From: the human T2T-CHM13v2.0 reference genome, Homo sapiens
NCBI RefSeq assembly: GCF_009914755.1
Contig: NC_060930.1
DNA length: 64,000 nt
Direction: 5' to 3' (one strand)
Shown here: positions 23,330 through 37,181 of the stretch, in pieces
Position numbering within the stretch: position 1 is the stretch's first letter
Layout of the letters: the number at the start of each line of letters is the position of its first letter
Notes under the pieces: model-generated
The model's input: only the letters and a program-made list of their open reading frames with translations
Database searches by the model: none
What the model was told of the DNA's origin: nothing
Program-made: the position numbers and the translations under genes

Positions 23330-24869
23330 TATTCTACCTAATTTTCAAATACCTGACTGACAAATGTAGAAATCAATATATCAGATACTTTGGTCTACAC
23401 AAAATAAATTTCTTAATAGATCATTCATTCAGACAGATTGAATTTTTACTTTAGATAAGAATTACTTAGGTAAGTATTATTGTGATGGTTACTAAAGAAG
23501 AAAACTGAACTCTTTTGGACAGGAATCTAACTCAAGTCAACTGCTTAAAGGAGAGTAAAATTTCTGAGGCATGGTATTGCAAAGCAAGGGAATACATGTT
23601 AAAAATATTAGAAGCGGTATAGTACGAGTAAATTTGGGAAATTTGACTTCAATAAGCATGTTAGAGGGATAAATAAAAGAGGAAGCTCTTTCCAGATTAA
23701 AGTTTTTACCTATGAATAATTCTACTTTTAAATAGATCCCTGGCAAGACATTCTGGGTTTGAGAGTCTGGAATTTTGCAAATATACTGGTTACTAACTGG
23801 AATAAAATATGTGCTGCAGTCTTAAAATTTATTTAAATGGTAATATAAGGTTGCCATTGTTTTAATGGCAAAAAAAAATGTTTCCATGAAATTTATTTAT
23901 GAAATGAATGTGTGGTTGTAGCTTGAGAGGCAGGAATTTAGGTGATGAGGTAGAAAGTTAGAAAGCTACACATTTTATTATTTTTGGATTCTCCACAATT
24001 TTTAGAAAATTCTCATAATTTCCCTTTTCTTTTATTTGTACATATTTGATTATTTTGCTATTATCAACAATTTTAAGAATTTTGATGTGCAGAATTAAAC
24101 TTAATAACATAGGGATTATTTCTAAATCTTTGATTTCCACATTGCATACTTAAATATGTTCTTAGAAAGATAACCTCATAGCACTGAAATAGATGGAAAG
24201 AAGAAATTCTTGAATGGCAATGTGTCCATATGGCAAGATAGAGCTTGCAAAGTTAATTTTTCTTAATTAGCAGTAACTTAATCAGTTCCAAGTTAGAACT
24301 GAAAAAACGTTTTCAGTTCTTTTGTAGAGGTATCCTTTTAAAATAATTCTTATCTCTGCATTTCCATACCGTGTAAATTGAGAGTTTGAAGCTACTATAT
24401 TTAAATCCAGCAAACATTTTGGCACTAAACCTTTGTTTCTGTCTTTTGTGCTTGTGGTAATGTGGTGATATATGGAAGATGCCTCAGAGTTACTAGTAAT
24501 GCTATGGGGGTGGTGGTGAATAGCAGGACAAAAATTACTTAAGTGTAATTTGGAATTGTAGTTGGAATGCACTTTCATTTCATTATGTGTATTTGATAAC
24601 TCATTGCTTCTGAAAATAATCAATCTTGTGAAAGTTAATGAGCTTTTAAAAACTGTTCTATGTAAACATTTAGGTAGAATTTTAAATTTTGTATTATTTG
24701 GAACATATACCTATTGATTTTCAAATGTTAATTTGGTTTTATTTTCTGACATTTTAAATTGGTTTTGGAAATTTTAATATGGCGCACAACTAAGATAAAA
24801 AGTATTAGTTTATAACCTAGACCCAAGATTGAAAAACTAAGGACAAAGAGTCAAATACAGCACACTTAA

Positions 24870-25020
24870 AATTTTGTTGGAACACAGCCATATCCACTGA
24901 TTTACACATTGTCTATGGCTGCTCTAGAGCTGCAGTGACAAAGTTGAGTAGTTCAACATAGATTGTATGGCCTGCAAAGGCTAAAATATTCATTATCTGG
25001 CTCTTTAGTTTGTCAGCTCC
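24870..25020 (+). mobile_element. MER58A fragment
   Basis: 'ttggaacacagccatatcc...ttgtctatggctgct...agttgagtagtt...ggcctgcaaaggctaaaatatt'. Confidence 0.75.
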
Positions 25021-27119
25021 TTATCCTCGAGCTCCTAAAAAGCTGGAGCTGAGCTTTACAATTGCCTATGAAAAATAATAATTAAGGGCACTGGTATAAG
25101 GGGGAAAAATACAACCTGTGTTTAAATAGAGGTATTCATTTCAAAATCTGCAATCAGATTTTGGTTCATAGAAAAGAAAATTTTAAAAATTAGAATAGAC
25201 TCAAGAGAAGGTATTCAGTTACATTTTAATTTTAAACATGGTCATTTACTAAGCATGGGTAGTGTGTTTGTAATTTTAGATGACCTATACCTTTAAGATT
25301 TCTGTCCCCTTGGGGTGGAGGTGGTAGTGGAGCTTTGCCTCTTTAGATAGTGGGTGATAGACTCTGCTGATTCTGACAGAAAGGATCATATGGACCCCCA
25401 CAGTTTGGAATCAGTTCCATCATAGATCTGTACTTGTGTGTGTGTGTGGTGTGTATAGTGTGTATGAAAAAAACAATTCCCTTAAACGTAGAACTAAAGT
25501 AGACTAAAATAGTTGCAGTTTTCAGGAAAATAAGAATCATGGTACATACAAATTTAAAAGTTGGTTGAATACGGGAAAAATAAATTTTCTGGTATTAAAG
25601 AGGTCTAAAATGCAGCCTTCAGTATTGCTCGTTGAAAACACTGAGCCAAAAGATAAGTGCTTTCTATGTAGAAAATGGTAAGTGCTTTGCCCTTTAAAAA
25701 GAGAATCCAGAAAATGTTGCCCTTTTAATGTCCTGTAGCCTGCCCTGGATTTGAGGATGAACAGAGATGGCACTAAAAATGATAAAGCAATAAATCATAA
25801 ACCACCAAAATTCCTTTTGTATCAAAGCTCTTACATGTTCAGAAGGCAATAACAATCTTCAGTACATACCAATTTCCCTATGTGGGATGGAAATTGGAGA
25901 AACTGTGACAGAAAATACTGAATAGGAATAAAACTGTCTTTGCCTCTTTCATTTTCGTTATTTTGAAATTTTTGCTGTCCACATATTAATTGGAAATCTT
26001 AATATATCTAACTGTAAGTTTATATCTGAGGCAGAAAGAAAACAAATATGGGTCTGTATGTCAGCTGGAATCCAAAGTAAATATGATCTTTTTTTAAATG
26101 TTCAAAGCATTTTAGGTTCTTTTCACTCTCATCATGTGTTACCTGCCTTTGCTTTTCATGCATTTGAAACTCACTCACTCCCCTCTTCATAGTTCTTTTT
26201 TAGTTTCTAAAATACCAGTGTAAGTGAGAAAAGGTAAAAAGCTGTTAGAAAAATCTCTATCCTTTAGAAAGTTCACTAACACACAAGATAACATATTAAT
26301 GATGAACGAGAGCGGAAATTTCTTTATACTTAAAAAAGTAAGAATTATAAGGCAGCAGGTCATATTTTTGGTTAGTGATGGACTGGACTTGGAGTCATTT
26401 GTAGAATTAATTTGGAGTACTGGTCAGGATCAGGAAATAATAATTAATTCCATGATTATTAAAGTTTCTTCTGAATCTTTACAATTTTTACATAAATGTG
26501 CATGCAATGCCTTGCTTCTCAGTTAGTAACAGGGCTTAACTATTTTGTAAACCACTTTAGGGAAACATTTAGCTAGTGACTGGAAAATGGGGAATAAGTA
26601 TGCCCTGCTCTATTCCAAAAGCATTTGACTTTGGGGTTACTTTTCATGGTAGAGTCAGGACAATTTCTATTAAATGCTCATACAAATAGGAAGTGCATGT
26701 TTCTCCACTGTGTTCGGAAGACTGCGAACAACAGACCTTCCATGAATATCCCAGGTAGTGCCTTGGGAAGAAAGCTCTTTGTCCATTTTGTGCACACACT
26801 TCCCTCTTTACCTCTCCAGATTCACTTCTTGTGACTGAATGGAAACCACAGTCTTTATACGACCTGAGTTCAATGTAGTGGCTTTTCGCTTTTTCTTCCA
26901 GGACTTTGTAATTTTGTATATCTTTTTGTTCTCTGGACACTTAAGATACTCTTCCTGATCCAAAGATCAGGAGTCGACCACGTACTTTTAGGCTGGTCTC
27001 GGCTGACTTGCCTCTAGTCAATTAACATTTTCCTTTGTCTCCGCATCCACCATCTTTAAGGACTTCCACTCCACTTTCCTCATGTCATAAACTTTTCTAA
27101 AACTGCTTCCATAATAACA

Positions 27120-27290
27120 TAGAGTGCAGGTTCTGGGGCCAGGTTGCTTGGGTTTGAATTCTAGTTAGCTGGGTGACCTTGGACAAGTTATTTACTATCT
27201 CTGTGCTCAGTTTCCTCTTCTATAAAAAGGAGACGATAGTAGTATTTTTCTTATAGAGTTGTTATGATGATTAAATGTTAATCATCTTAA
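27120..27290 (+). mobile_element. MIR SINE
   Basis: 'gggtttgaattc...tagctgggtgaccttggacaagttatt..ctctgtgctcagtttcctc'. Confidence 0.8.
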
Positions 27291-29582
27291 GAACTTTGTT
27301 TTTATTTAAGTTGGGTCCCATAAAAGTTTATGACATAGGTACTGAATAGACATTTTTTAAACTAATGATAAAATACCATTTTCACCTAATAATTTGTCAA
27401 TTTTATAAAAGATTGAAAATATCTAGTGCTGGTGGGTAGGTGGGCACTGCTGGCAGGAGTATAATTGGTACAGCCTTCATGTACAATATGAAATGCACCA
27501 CAAGGCTCAGTACTCCATATATAGGTAAGCATCATTCTGGAATGTTTATAGCAACAGGATGAATATTTATTGCATGCCTTACTGAAGAGCATGGGGACAT
27601 CTAGATTGCATGCGTGTCACACGCAGGTCATGAGGAGCCAGGACCGCTACTTGATCACTCTTCAGCCACTTCCCACCATTACTTTTGTGCCATCACACAT
27701 GCACCATGTTGGAGCCAATGCTGAGTTCAAAGATAGAGTCCTCTCGAACACCTAGAGGTTCTGACACGAATATGCCCATTACTTTCTAGTTCCTCATTTT
27801 CCTTTGGATAGTCCTGTAGAATCACCTCCTTTTCTCAAGGGTTGGGTAGGTCCTTGAGGGTACAGAGAAGAAGATCCTGGCAATCACTTCACTGATCTAC
27901 TCCAAGTATCCTTATAATACTCTCTAACACTGTTTTGCTGTAGATTCAAGAAAGTCATTTGGAGGTCAAATCTAAGAGGCTTTGTTCTGTGTGGTAACTT
28001 CCTGGGTAAGAAGCCTCAGCTTTGGATATGGTTGATTAAAGCAGATTTAAAGATGAAATGAAAACACACTTATTTAATATGCCACCATTACTGTTCCCCT
28101 TAAAATATAAAGGGAAATACACTAAGTAAACTTCTTGTTCATTGTTATTTTCAACTCCACACGTAACTTGAGGAACTTTTCATGAAAACCTTCCTTCCCC
28201 TGCAACTCCTGGACCTGGGGAGTGGTTTCATTAGTTATGCTAATGAGGCACATGTTCAGTTAGCTTTGTTTGTGAATCCTTGTGCATGTTAATATGTCAT
28301 ATTTCTATATCTTTTGAAAATAGGATTCCAAATATGTTCAACGGTCTTTTCAGCAAAAAATTTACTTCCTTTTTAAAACAGTTTATTGGAAAACACATAT
28401 TTTCTATCTTCCGTTTTATGCTGTTGCAGGTCCTACATTGAATGGAAAGTTTGTTTCAAAATAATTCCATTAATTAACAGAGAGCCTTGATCACTGGTTA
28501 AATTGTGATTTATCTGCTTTTGTTCACATCTAGATTTGCTACAGCCCTTGCATTACTGGCTTTCTGCCCATCAGTATTACCTCAAGATGATTTAAAGCAA
28601 AGGCTTTCTGGTTAAAATGTGATGAAGGCTAAAATCAAAATGGCAAAGAGCCGGGGAGCACTTCAGGTGGAACGTAAGTTCACTTATGAGGTAAAGCACT
28701 CATGTAAGGTGAGTGGCCATACCCTGGTGTTCAACTCAGCTTGAATTTTAGCTGAATAATTCTGTGCAGCTCCATTGGTTACTTAATGTAGTTATGAAAA
28801 TGTATTTGCCCTTTGGTCTTCGACATTCCCCACACATGTCTTAGAGTGCTTAACATTCTTTCTGTTCTTTTCAGGGGAAAAATTTACTTTTTCTTTTTTA
28901 CTGTTGCTTATAGAATATTTTGAGTGATTTTTTTTTACTTTAAAAAATATGATAAACTTTATGGTGAGAACATATGATTTACTATGCCAAGCTGTTTTGT
29001 TGATTTAGCTTCCAGATGAGCACAAAAATAAAAGGCAGAAGTGAATAGTTTAGATCAGAGAGTAGATATTACAAACCAAATGACAAATATAACTCCTGAA
29101 AAATATGAAATGCAGTGGTTAAAATTAAATTTAGACCTAATTCCCTTGGGAATTAGCTGTATGTAGAACATTGTATATAGAACATTGAGATAATCTTTGG
29201 CATAAAAAGATTGTCTCATTGTAATCAATCCAGTGGAAAAGGAAAAGTAAGATGGCCCTTACTCAGCCATCTTTCTCTGTGAGCACACAGGCCATTCATA
29301 GAACAAACATTGCTTTCAGCCAGCAGCTACTGGGGTCAGAGTGAGTCGTCTCCATGACTATGTGTGCATCCTTTGGCTACAGGCACTTGCCATCTGATAA
29401 TGAAAACTCTGACTAATTTTTACTTTTTTTTTAATAATGAAAAACTTTTTCAGGAATACTTTAAAAAGGTGAGTGTAAATATTTTAAGTTTGTTGACAAA
29501 CGTTTTTACTGAGGTGGATACTGCTATTATTTCCCTATTTTTCCCGAAGAGTAACTCATTTTTTAATGTTTGGGTGAAACAA

Positions 29583-29946
29583 GTTTATTTTATTTTATTT
29601 TATTTTATTTTATTTTATTTTATTTTATTTTATTTTATTTATTTTATTTTATTTTATTTTTTGAGAGAGAGTTTTGCTCTTATTGCCCAGGCTGGAGTAC
29701 AATGGCATGATCTTGGCTCACTGCAACCTCCACTTCCTGGTTTCAAACGATTCTCCTGCCTCAGCCTCCTGAGTAGCTGTGATTACAGGCACCCGCCACC
29801 AGGCTCAGCTAATTTTCTGTATTTTTAGTAGAGACGGGGTTTCACCATGTTGGCCAGTCTAGTCTCAAACTCCTGACCTCAGATGATCTGCCCGCCTCGG
29901 CCTCCCAAAGTGCTGGGATTACAGGCGTGAGCCACCATGCTTGGCC
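29583..29946 (-). mobile_element. AluS, antisense, with (TTTTA)n-expanded tail
   Basis: Dimeric Alu; tail converted to a pentanucleotide repeat; TSD-like tgaaacaag/tgaaacaaa. Confidence 0.95.
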
Positions 29947-29974
29947 TGAAACAAATTATTAACAACTGTTAAAT

Positions 29975-30375
29975 ATTATGCAATATGTAATATTATATAT
30001 ATGTATGTATGTGTACATTGATATATATGTATATATGCATAGATATGTGTCATGTAATATACACATATGTACCATACATTTTATATATGTAATATATAAT
30101 ACATATATGTTTATTATATATGTAATATATAATACATATATGTGTGTATTATATATTTTATATATGTAATCTATAATACGTATGTATTATATACTTTGTA
30201 TATGTAATCTATAATAAATATGTATTATATATTTTATATATGTAACATAATATATGTATTATATTTTATATATAATAAATATCTTACATATATTTACATA
30301 TAATTACATATGTAATGTATTTAAATACGTTAGAAATATATTTTACATATATAAAATACATATGTAATATATTTT
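29975..30375. repeat. TA-rich low-complexity/minisatellite tract
   Basis: Repeated 'tatatgtaat(a/c)tataata...tatgtattatat' units. Confidence 0.85.
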
Positions 30376-32025
30376 AGAGATTTTTAATATAGTTGAGAAC
30401 ATTAGCTTCTTGAGGTTTGAGATCAGGCCTGAATCTTGCCTGCCTAACAGTAAGCAGTGACAATTTGAAGGGATCGATTTCAGACCTAAAATACAAAAAG
30501 GAATCTAAGGGGAAGAACATTTAAAATGTCTCCTGTCCGTATCTATCTATTGATTTATCTGTTTCTCTCTCTCTCTCTCACCATCTGTCCATCTATTTGG
30601 ATTCACCAGAGGATGAAAAGGATCATCTTTATGAGCATCTTGCAGTGAGCTGGGAGGACACATGCTGGCTTGTGCCTACCATCTTCTACATCTTAACTTA
30701 ATTCTGAAGCATGAATTTGACCTGAAAGGAGGCTCAAGCTTTATTCTTTTTTTTTTTTCAACCAGAAACACAATAGAATTTATTTCCTTTCTTTTTACTG
30801 AGGGAGAAACAGTGTCCTGGTAGGGGAATAGTATTTTCAAAAGCTGCCTAAGTGTCTTTAAAAACAAGAGGACAACTGAATTGTAAGTGCTGCCTTTTCT
30901 CTAAATAAACTTCATCCAGTCAGCACATCACACACTGATATTCACATTCGATTATATTTCTTACCATCAGAATATTTCTTTGCCTGAAAAATTGTTTCCA
31001 TATTTACTACCTCCAGATCCTCCCCTAGGAATGAGGTATAGTCTGTCAGTAGGTCTGTGGCTCTATACATTTTCCATTCTCTTTGAAGTTTGTAGGACAG
31101 AGGTCAGGGTTAGCTTTACATTCTCTCTCCTCTTTGAAGGTTGTAGAGCAGAGGTCAGGCTTAGCTTGCTAGTCACTGCAAATTCCCTTTATTCTCATAA
31201 TATGCTGTGCTAAGTGTTAATGATAACATGGGACACCAAGGATATTTCACCTAATGACTTTTTTTCCCCCTCTCATTATTCCATATTTGAAATTAACCAA
31301 GTATTAAAATTAGGCACCTTTTTCCCCAGGTAAAGATGTTTTTCAATTCCCATCTCTAATTTTAAAGTGTGTCATTAGGTTAAAAAAAAAACAAGATAAA
31401 ATTGTGGTAATTATATTATAAACTATTTTGGTGAGGAGAAGTAATAATTCAATAATTCCACTTAGGAGACCAGAGGTTGTTATTAAAAATGATCTGTAGG
31501 CAAAGAGAGAGAAACAAATGGGACCATCATCAGCAAAAAACAACAGAAACACAAAAACTGATTATATCAACGTGCGGTAGGGAAAAAGTGTGACAGAATC
31601 TACAAAATGAGAAATGAATAAACAGGCTCAAATTTTCAAGTGGATGCTTTTAGAGACATATACTTGATGGGCGTGCAGAACTCAGGCATAAAAATGCCTG
31701 ACAGAATGATAATTGTTTCATGTTAATTTTGAGTTAAATTTTAAAATGTGAGTTGCAAAGTTTAATCACATAAGTCTCAAAGAGCTGTTTATAGAATTAG
31801 GTGACTTAGTATTTGCAAAATATTCAGAAGAGTGTTTGTCACATAATAAGCACCATGTGAGTTCCCTTCTATTATTTTCATCTCAGTTGGTCCTTGCACA
31901 ATTCTGTGAGGTGGATACTGCTATTATTCCCCTTTCAGGTGCATCTTAGAAGGTTAAGTCACTTGCTTGGACAAACTACGTGTCCCTACTGAATATCGCA
32001 TTGGTGGGAACTATCATTAAGGTGA

Positions 32026-32406
<381 letters not shown>

Positions 32407-35400
32407 TGATTTTGAATTTTAAGTGGTGATGACAACTGTTGGAATGTATCTCTCTAGAGAATGATCTGGATCTCAGGGACACACACCCATTTCTGTGGTT
32501 TCTGAATGTGGTTCTGGAGAATTTATTTTGATCCTTGAGCTACTCCATAACTTTCCATTCAGTTGTTTCCGTTGTGACTTTGGTTCTGCATGGCTCTGTG
32601 CTTGGGTGAGGGGATGTGGTATATGAGGGAGGAAAATGACCGTGCCTTGTCATAGTCATCCGTGCTGTGACCTGAGCTGGCCTAGAAAAGCTAAAGTTGT
32701 AGAAACCTTGGTCATGGGAAAGGAGGGATTCAAATGGCCCCAGTACAAACATGGCATCTAACTTCTCTAGTAGAATAAAATCATGGTGATAAAGGTGGGC
32801 TCAAATGTTTTTCATTTAATTATTTTACATCATCAGATTCATGATTACCTGGAGGTCTGAAGTATTATGAAGTGCCCATGTTCATCTAGTCATTTTTTTT
32901 TGTTCATTTTTATATGACTATATGACCACTCTTTTGGAAATCTGGTTTCTGTTTCCTCTGATTGATACTAAATATTATCAACTTCTTAAAAGAAGGAACC
33001 ACAGATTTTTTTCCACCCACCGTGACCTGTCATATGTAGCTCCACTAGGTTTTCCAATTATTCTGACTATTCTCTACCAGGTTCAGTCATTCTCCTGCCA
33101 TTCTTTTCCCCCCCTAGATGTTTGCTCATGCTGTTTCTCTCACTTGAAATGCTCTTTCTCACCCACTTTATCTTTGAAAATCCTATACCATCTTCAAATC
33201 TCAAGTGGCCCAACTTCCTCATATGTCAATTTATGTTGATTTCTCTCTGAATTCCCATGGCACTTACAATCAGTACTTCACAGTATAGTAGTTATTTTGT
33301 GTGAGTATTTAGCTGAATGGTAAGGTTCACATAAACAGTGATCAGTTGTTTTTCCCCAATATTTTATTGTCAAACATTTTAAACATACGGAAAAGTTAAA
33401 GGGATTTCACAGTGTAAACAGTCATGTATCTACCTAGATCCTACAATTAACATTTTGCTGTATTTGATTAACATTTTGCTATATTTGCACTATCACATAT
33501 ATATCCCTCTATTCATCCATCTCTTCACCTTATTTTCTGTTTAAATTGCAAAATAAGTTGCAGAGATGAGCACATTTCACTGTATGCTAAGGCATACTTT
33601 AGCATGCTTATCACTACAGTTAATATTTTTAATATTTTGGTGATTAACTTTTCTATACTCCATAGCACCCAGCAGAGTACTGACCACATCATACATGTTC
33701 AATTCTTTCCCATTGGATTGAATTTAGGTACCACTTTGAAAAGCATTAGAAACTAAAGGTGTTTAAGCCCAGATGAGTGGTCTCTGGTGGCTTAGAGGCA
33801 GATAGAGGTGGGTGTGTTTTACAGACTTTTGGAAAAGACATCCCTGTATGTAGCTTGTATTAGCCCAACTTGTGACCTCTCAAATATATCCTAGGAGTGT
33901 GTTCAGGCAAAGTCTAAGGAGGCACTTGGCGGAGAAACTAGACAGGGCACCATCTGATTGACTAAAATACTAAGAACATTGATATTGCAGAAACAACAGA
34001 TGGATATTCTAGTTTTTCTGAAGACAGATAGAAATGAGGTTATAAAATAGTCATAAAAACGGGGTTCATGTGCAGCAGCCTGTGACAGCCTGTTCCATTG
34101 CACCCAGGTGGGTGGAAATTCAACTCCTTACAGAGCCAGCACACACTCCAGGTAGACAATTTGGGCCCAGGCAGACGATGAATTTGCAAGAAGGCTGCTC
34201 TCCTGAACCTGTGTAGGCAGTGAGTTTCTGACATCTTATTAGGGGAAAGAAAGTCACAGTACTTCTCAGATTTGGTAACACTTTTTAAAACATGTTATTA
34301 TAGCAGTCATTATTCACCCTGCCTTCTTTCTTTAACAGAGATATATTTATGTTCATATCCACATCCACATACATTCCTTCATTCTTCAAATGACAGGCTT
34401 CTTCTCATCCAAGTATCTCTGATCATCCCCTCTTTGGAATTCTCTCCTGACTCTTTTATTGAATCCCTCCCACCCCCTGCCATTATGTTGTATCTCTGAA
34501 TTCTATTTTACCTGGGACATTTTTCAAAATGACTAACTATATACTTGTTTACTTGTTTCTTACATTTGTCTTAGTAGGCTAAAATTTCATAATGTCAGAA
34601 ACACATTTTTCCCTTCTCCTCTTAACTAGAGGGTCTTATAGTACCTGACTCATAGTAGACTCCTAATTAAAATGTACTGAATCATGTATACTGAAAATAC
34701 ATGAATAGGGAAAAAATTTGTTTCAGTGTTATCCTAAATGCCCTTACTGTGTTAAACTCTCACCCTGGCTCTTTTCTTTCTTTCTTTCCTAGTACTGGGG
34801 GCTGTACTCAAACTTGACTTTCTGGGCAGTGCCACAAGTTACAAAATCATTCACTCCATCTCTGCAAACTTCCATTCCTTCAGCATGCTGCTCTCTCAGC
34901 TAGGGGTTAGGAGAAAATTATATCTGATGGAAGCAATTGACCACAAGCTGTGAATGATTGGGAACTTTGCTTAATGTGTTAAATCTCTTGAGGATGTTTA
35001 CATATTATGAAAGTGGTAAAATCTGGCAGTATGACTAAGCAACTTAAATAATTTAAGGCAGTTTATGTTAAAAAGACATACGGACTTAGCTGGCTAAAAT
35101 CACAATCTGAATGATCTGAATATTGAGAAAAGTGAATTCATTCTTGTTTGAGCATATTATAATCTCACTTTTGTTATGCATTTTTATATTATAAGGGGAA
35201 TACTGAATTCCATTGTCTCTGATAGATTATCTGGTAGCTGATACGTTGAATGATGAATGTAGGGAATAGTTAGGAAGGTGAGGATTTCCCAAGTCATGTT
35301 GTTGAAAATGGGTTAGGAGCTGGGAGTATTTTGTTTATAGAAAAAACACAGGGAAGATAACAAAACTTGCTTCATTCATTTGAGAAATATCTATTAAACA

Positions 35401-36824
35401 CATACTGTATACTAGCACTACATTAAGTGCTGTGGAGAAATAGTGATTAAAAACATTAGTCCTGCTTGCATAGAGTTTATATTTCATGATTAGGAAATTG
35501 TTAAGGACAGTTAAGTAGAAACAGGAAGATAAATTTATAGAGTTATATGTGTCCTTTCTTTTTTTCTTAGAAGAACAGGTAGAGGACTAATGCACACAAA
35601 ATTGCAAGGAAAAATACCTTTCCTTAATGTAAACAAATCCCTAACATGTACAGGGTCTATCAATGTAGAACGGAATAGGATGCTTCCTGGAATAGCAATT
35701 TCCCATTACTGTTAAAATTTAGCTAATACTATCAAGCTTTAAGGTGATTTTAGATAAATCCCATATGCATTAGGGATAAGAATAGTGACTTGCCCATAGT
35801 TTTTTAAAATTAAGATTCTGTGATCTTTGTGTTAGTCAAGATCACTAATTTTCACTTATGATGACCAGATAAATGAGCATGATTGTTCTTATAAACAGAA
35901 GTCTTCCAGGTCAGGTTTGAAAAAGAGGAGTTATTTGATTTGGATTTCTTGATCCTTTCACAAAGAAAAGAGTCAGGTGTTCTGAAGGCCTGGCATAATG
36001 AACAAACAACTGATAGCTCTTTTCTTTATATATAATAGGAAGTAAAACACAGGTCACAGAGAGGGGAAAGATAAAGGTAGCCATATGTCACCTATAATAA
36101 TAGATATAAAAGATGGGTGCAGGGGAAAGAGTGCCAAATGTTCATCTAGTTGTTCTAACTTTCTCATTTTGTCCTTGAGTCATGTGGCTCCATGCAAGTC
36201 TCCTTTCTTCTCAGGCATGAAGTTTCTTCATCAGAAAAATGAGGGGATTGAACTACATTATTGTTAATGTAACTTTTCAATCTTACATTTAAATATTTTA
36301 GAAAAAAGTAAACATATTTTGTGACAACACTTCTTAATTATTTTCGACCATTAAAATAGTATAGAAATAAAATTTGCTATTTTCTCAGTGGATCAGTTAG
36401 AGTCATCAAATGTAATAAAAAAATCACTCCTCTTATTCCTGAGCCTAGGAATAAACCCAGCAATGAAAACTTTTTAATTAAGCACTTAGACATACTTTTG
36501 AGCAACTCACATGTGGTATTTTAAAGCAACTGTTTGCTCAAATAATAATTAGTAATCTTGGTTGAGAAAAATCTGAAAACTAGCATATCAACTTGCATCA
36601 GTCTTTTAATTAGAAATAAATATTCATTTTAGTATAACATACCTCCTTGTATTAGATAGAAGGGGAATGTGCTAAACTTTCCTGCATTTATGGAATTTGT
36701 CTACAATAGAACTATAATTGATCCATGTAATTTTCTAAGATGAAAAAAATATTTTCTAAACACTTTTTAAACAGTACTTACCAATTATAGCCTAACAATT
36801 TTTAAGTAATAGAATGTTATGGCT

Positions 36825-37181
36825 TGATATGGTTTGGCTCTGTGTCTCCACCTGAATCTCATCCTGAATTGTAATAATCCTCACGTGTTAAGGGCGGGAC
36901 CAGGTGGAGGTAATTGAATCATGGCGGTGGTTTCTCCCATGTTGTTCTCTGATAGTGAGTAAGTCTCGCGGGGTCTGATGGTTTTATAAGCGTCTGGCAT
37001 TTCCCCACTTGCACTCATTCTCTCTTCTGCCACCCTGCGAAGAGGTGCCTTCTGCCATGACTGTAAGTTTGCTGAGGACTTCCCCAGCCATGCCGAACTG
37101 TGAGTCAATTAAATCTCTGTTCTTTATAAATTACCCAGTTTCAGGTATTTCTTCACAGCAGCGTGAGAACAGACTAATACA
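36825..37181 (+). mobile_element. THE1 (THE1D-like) solo LTR
   Basis: tgatatggtttggct...gactaataca; 5-bp TSD tggct (36820-36824 and 37182-37186). Confidence 0.92.

Noticed and set aside
26224-26940. ORFs of about 100 aa in unique AT-rich DNA
   Set aside because: No domain motifs or coherent exon structure; consistent with chance ORFs.
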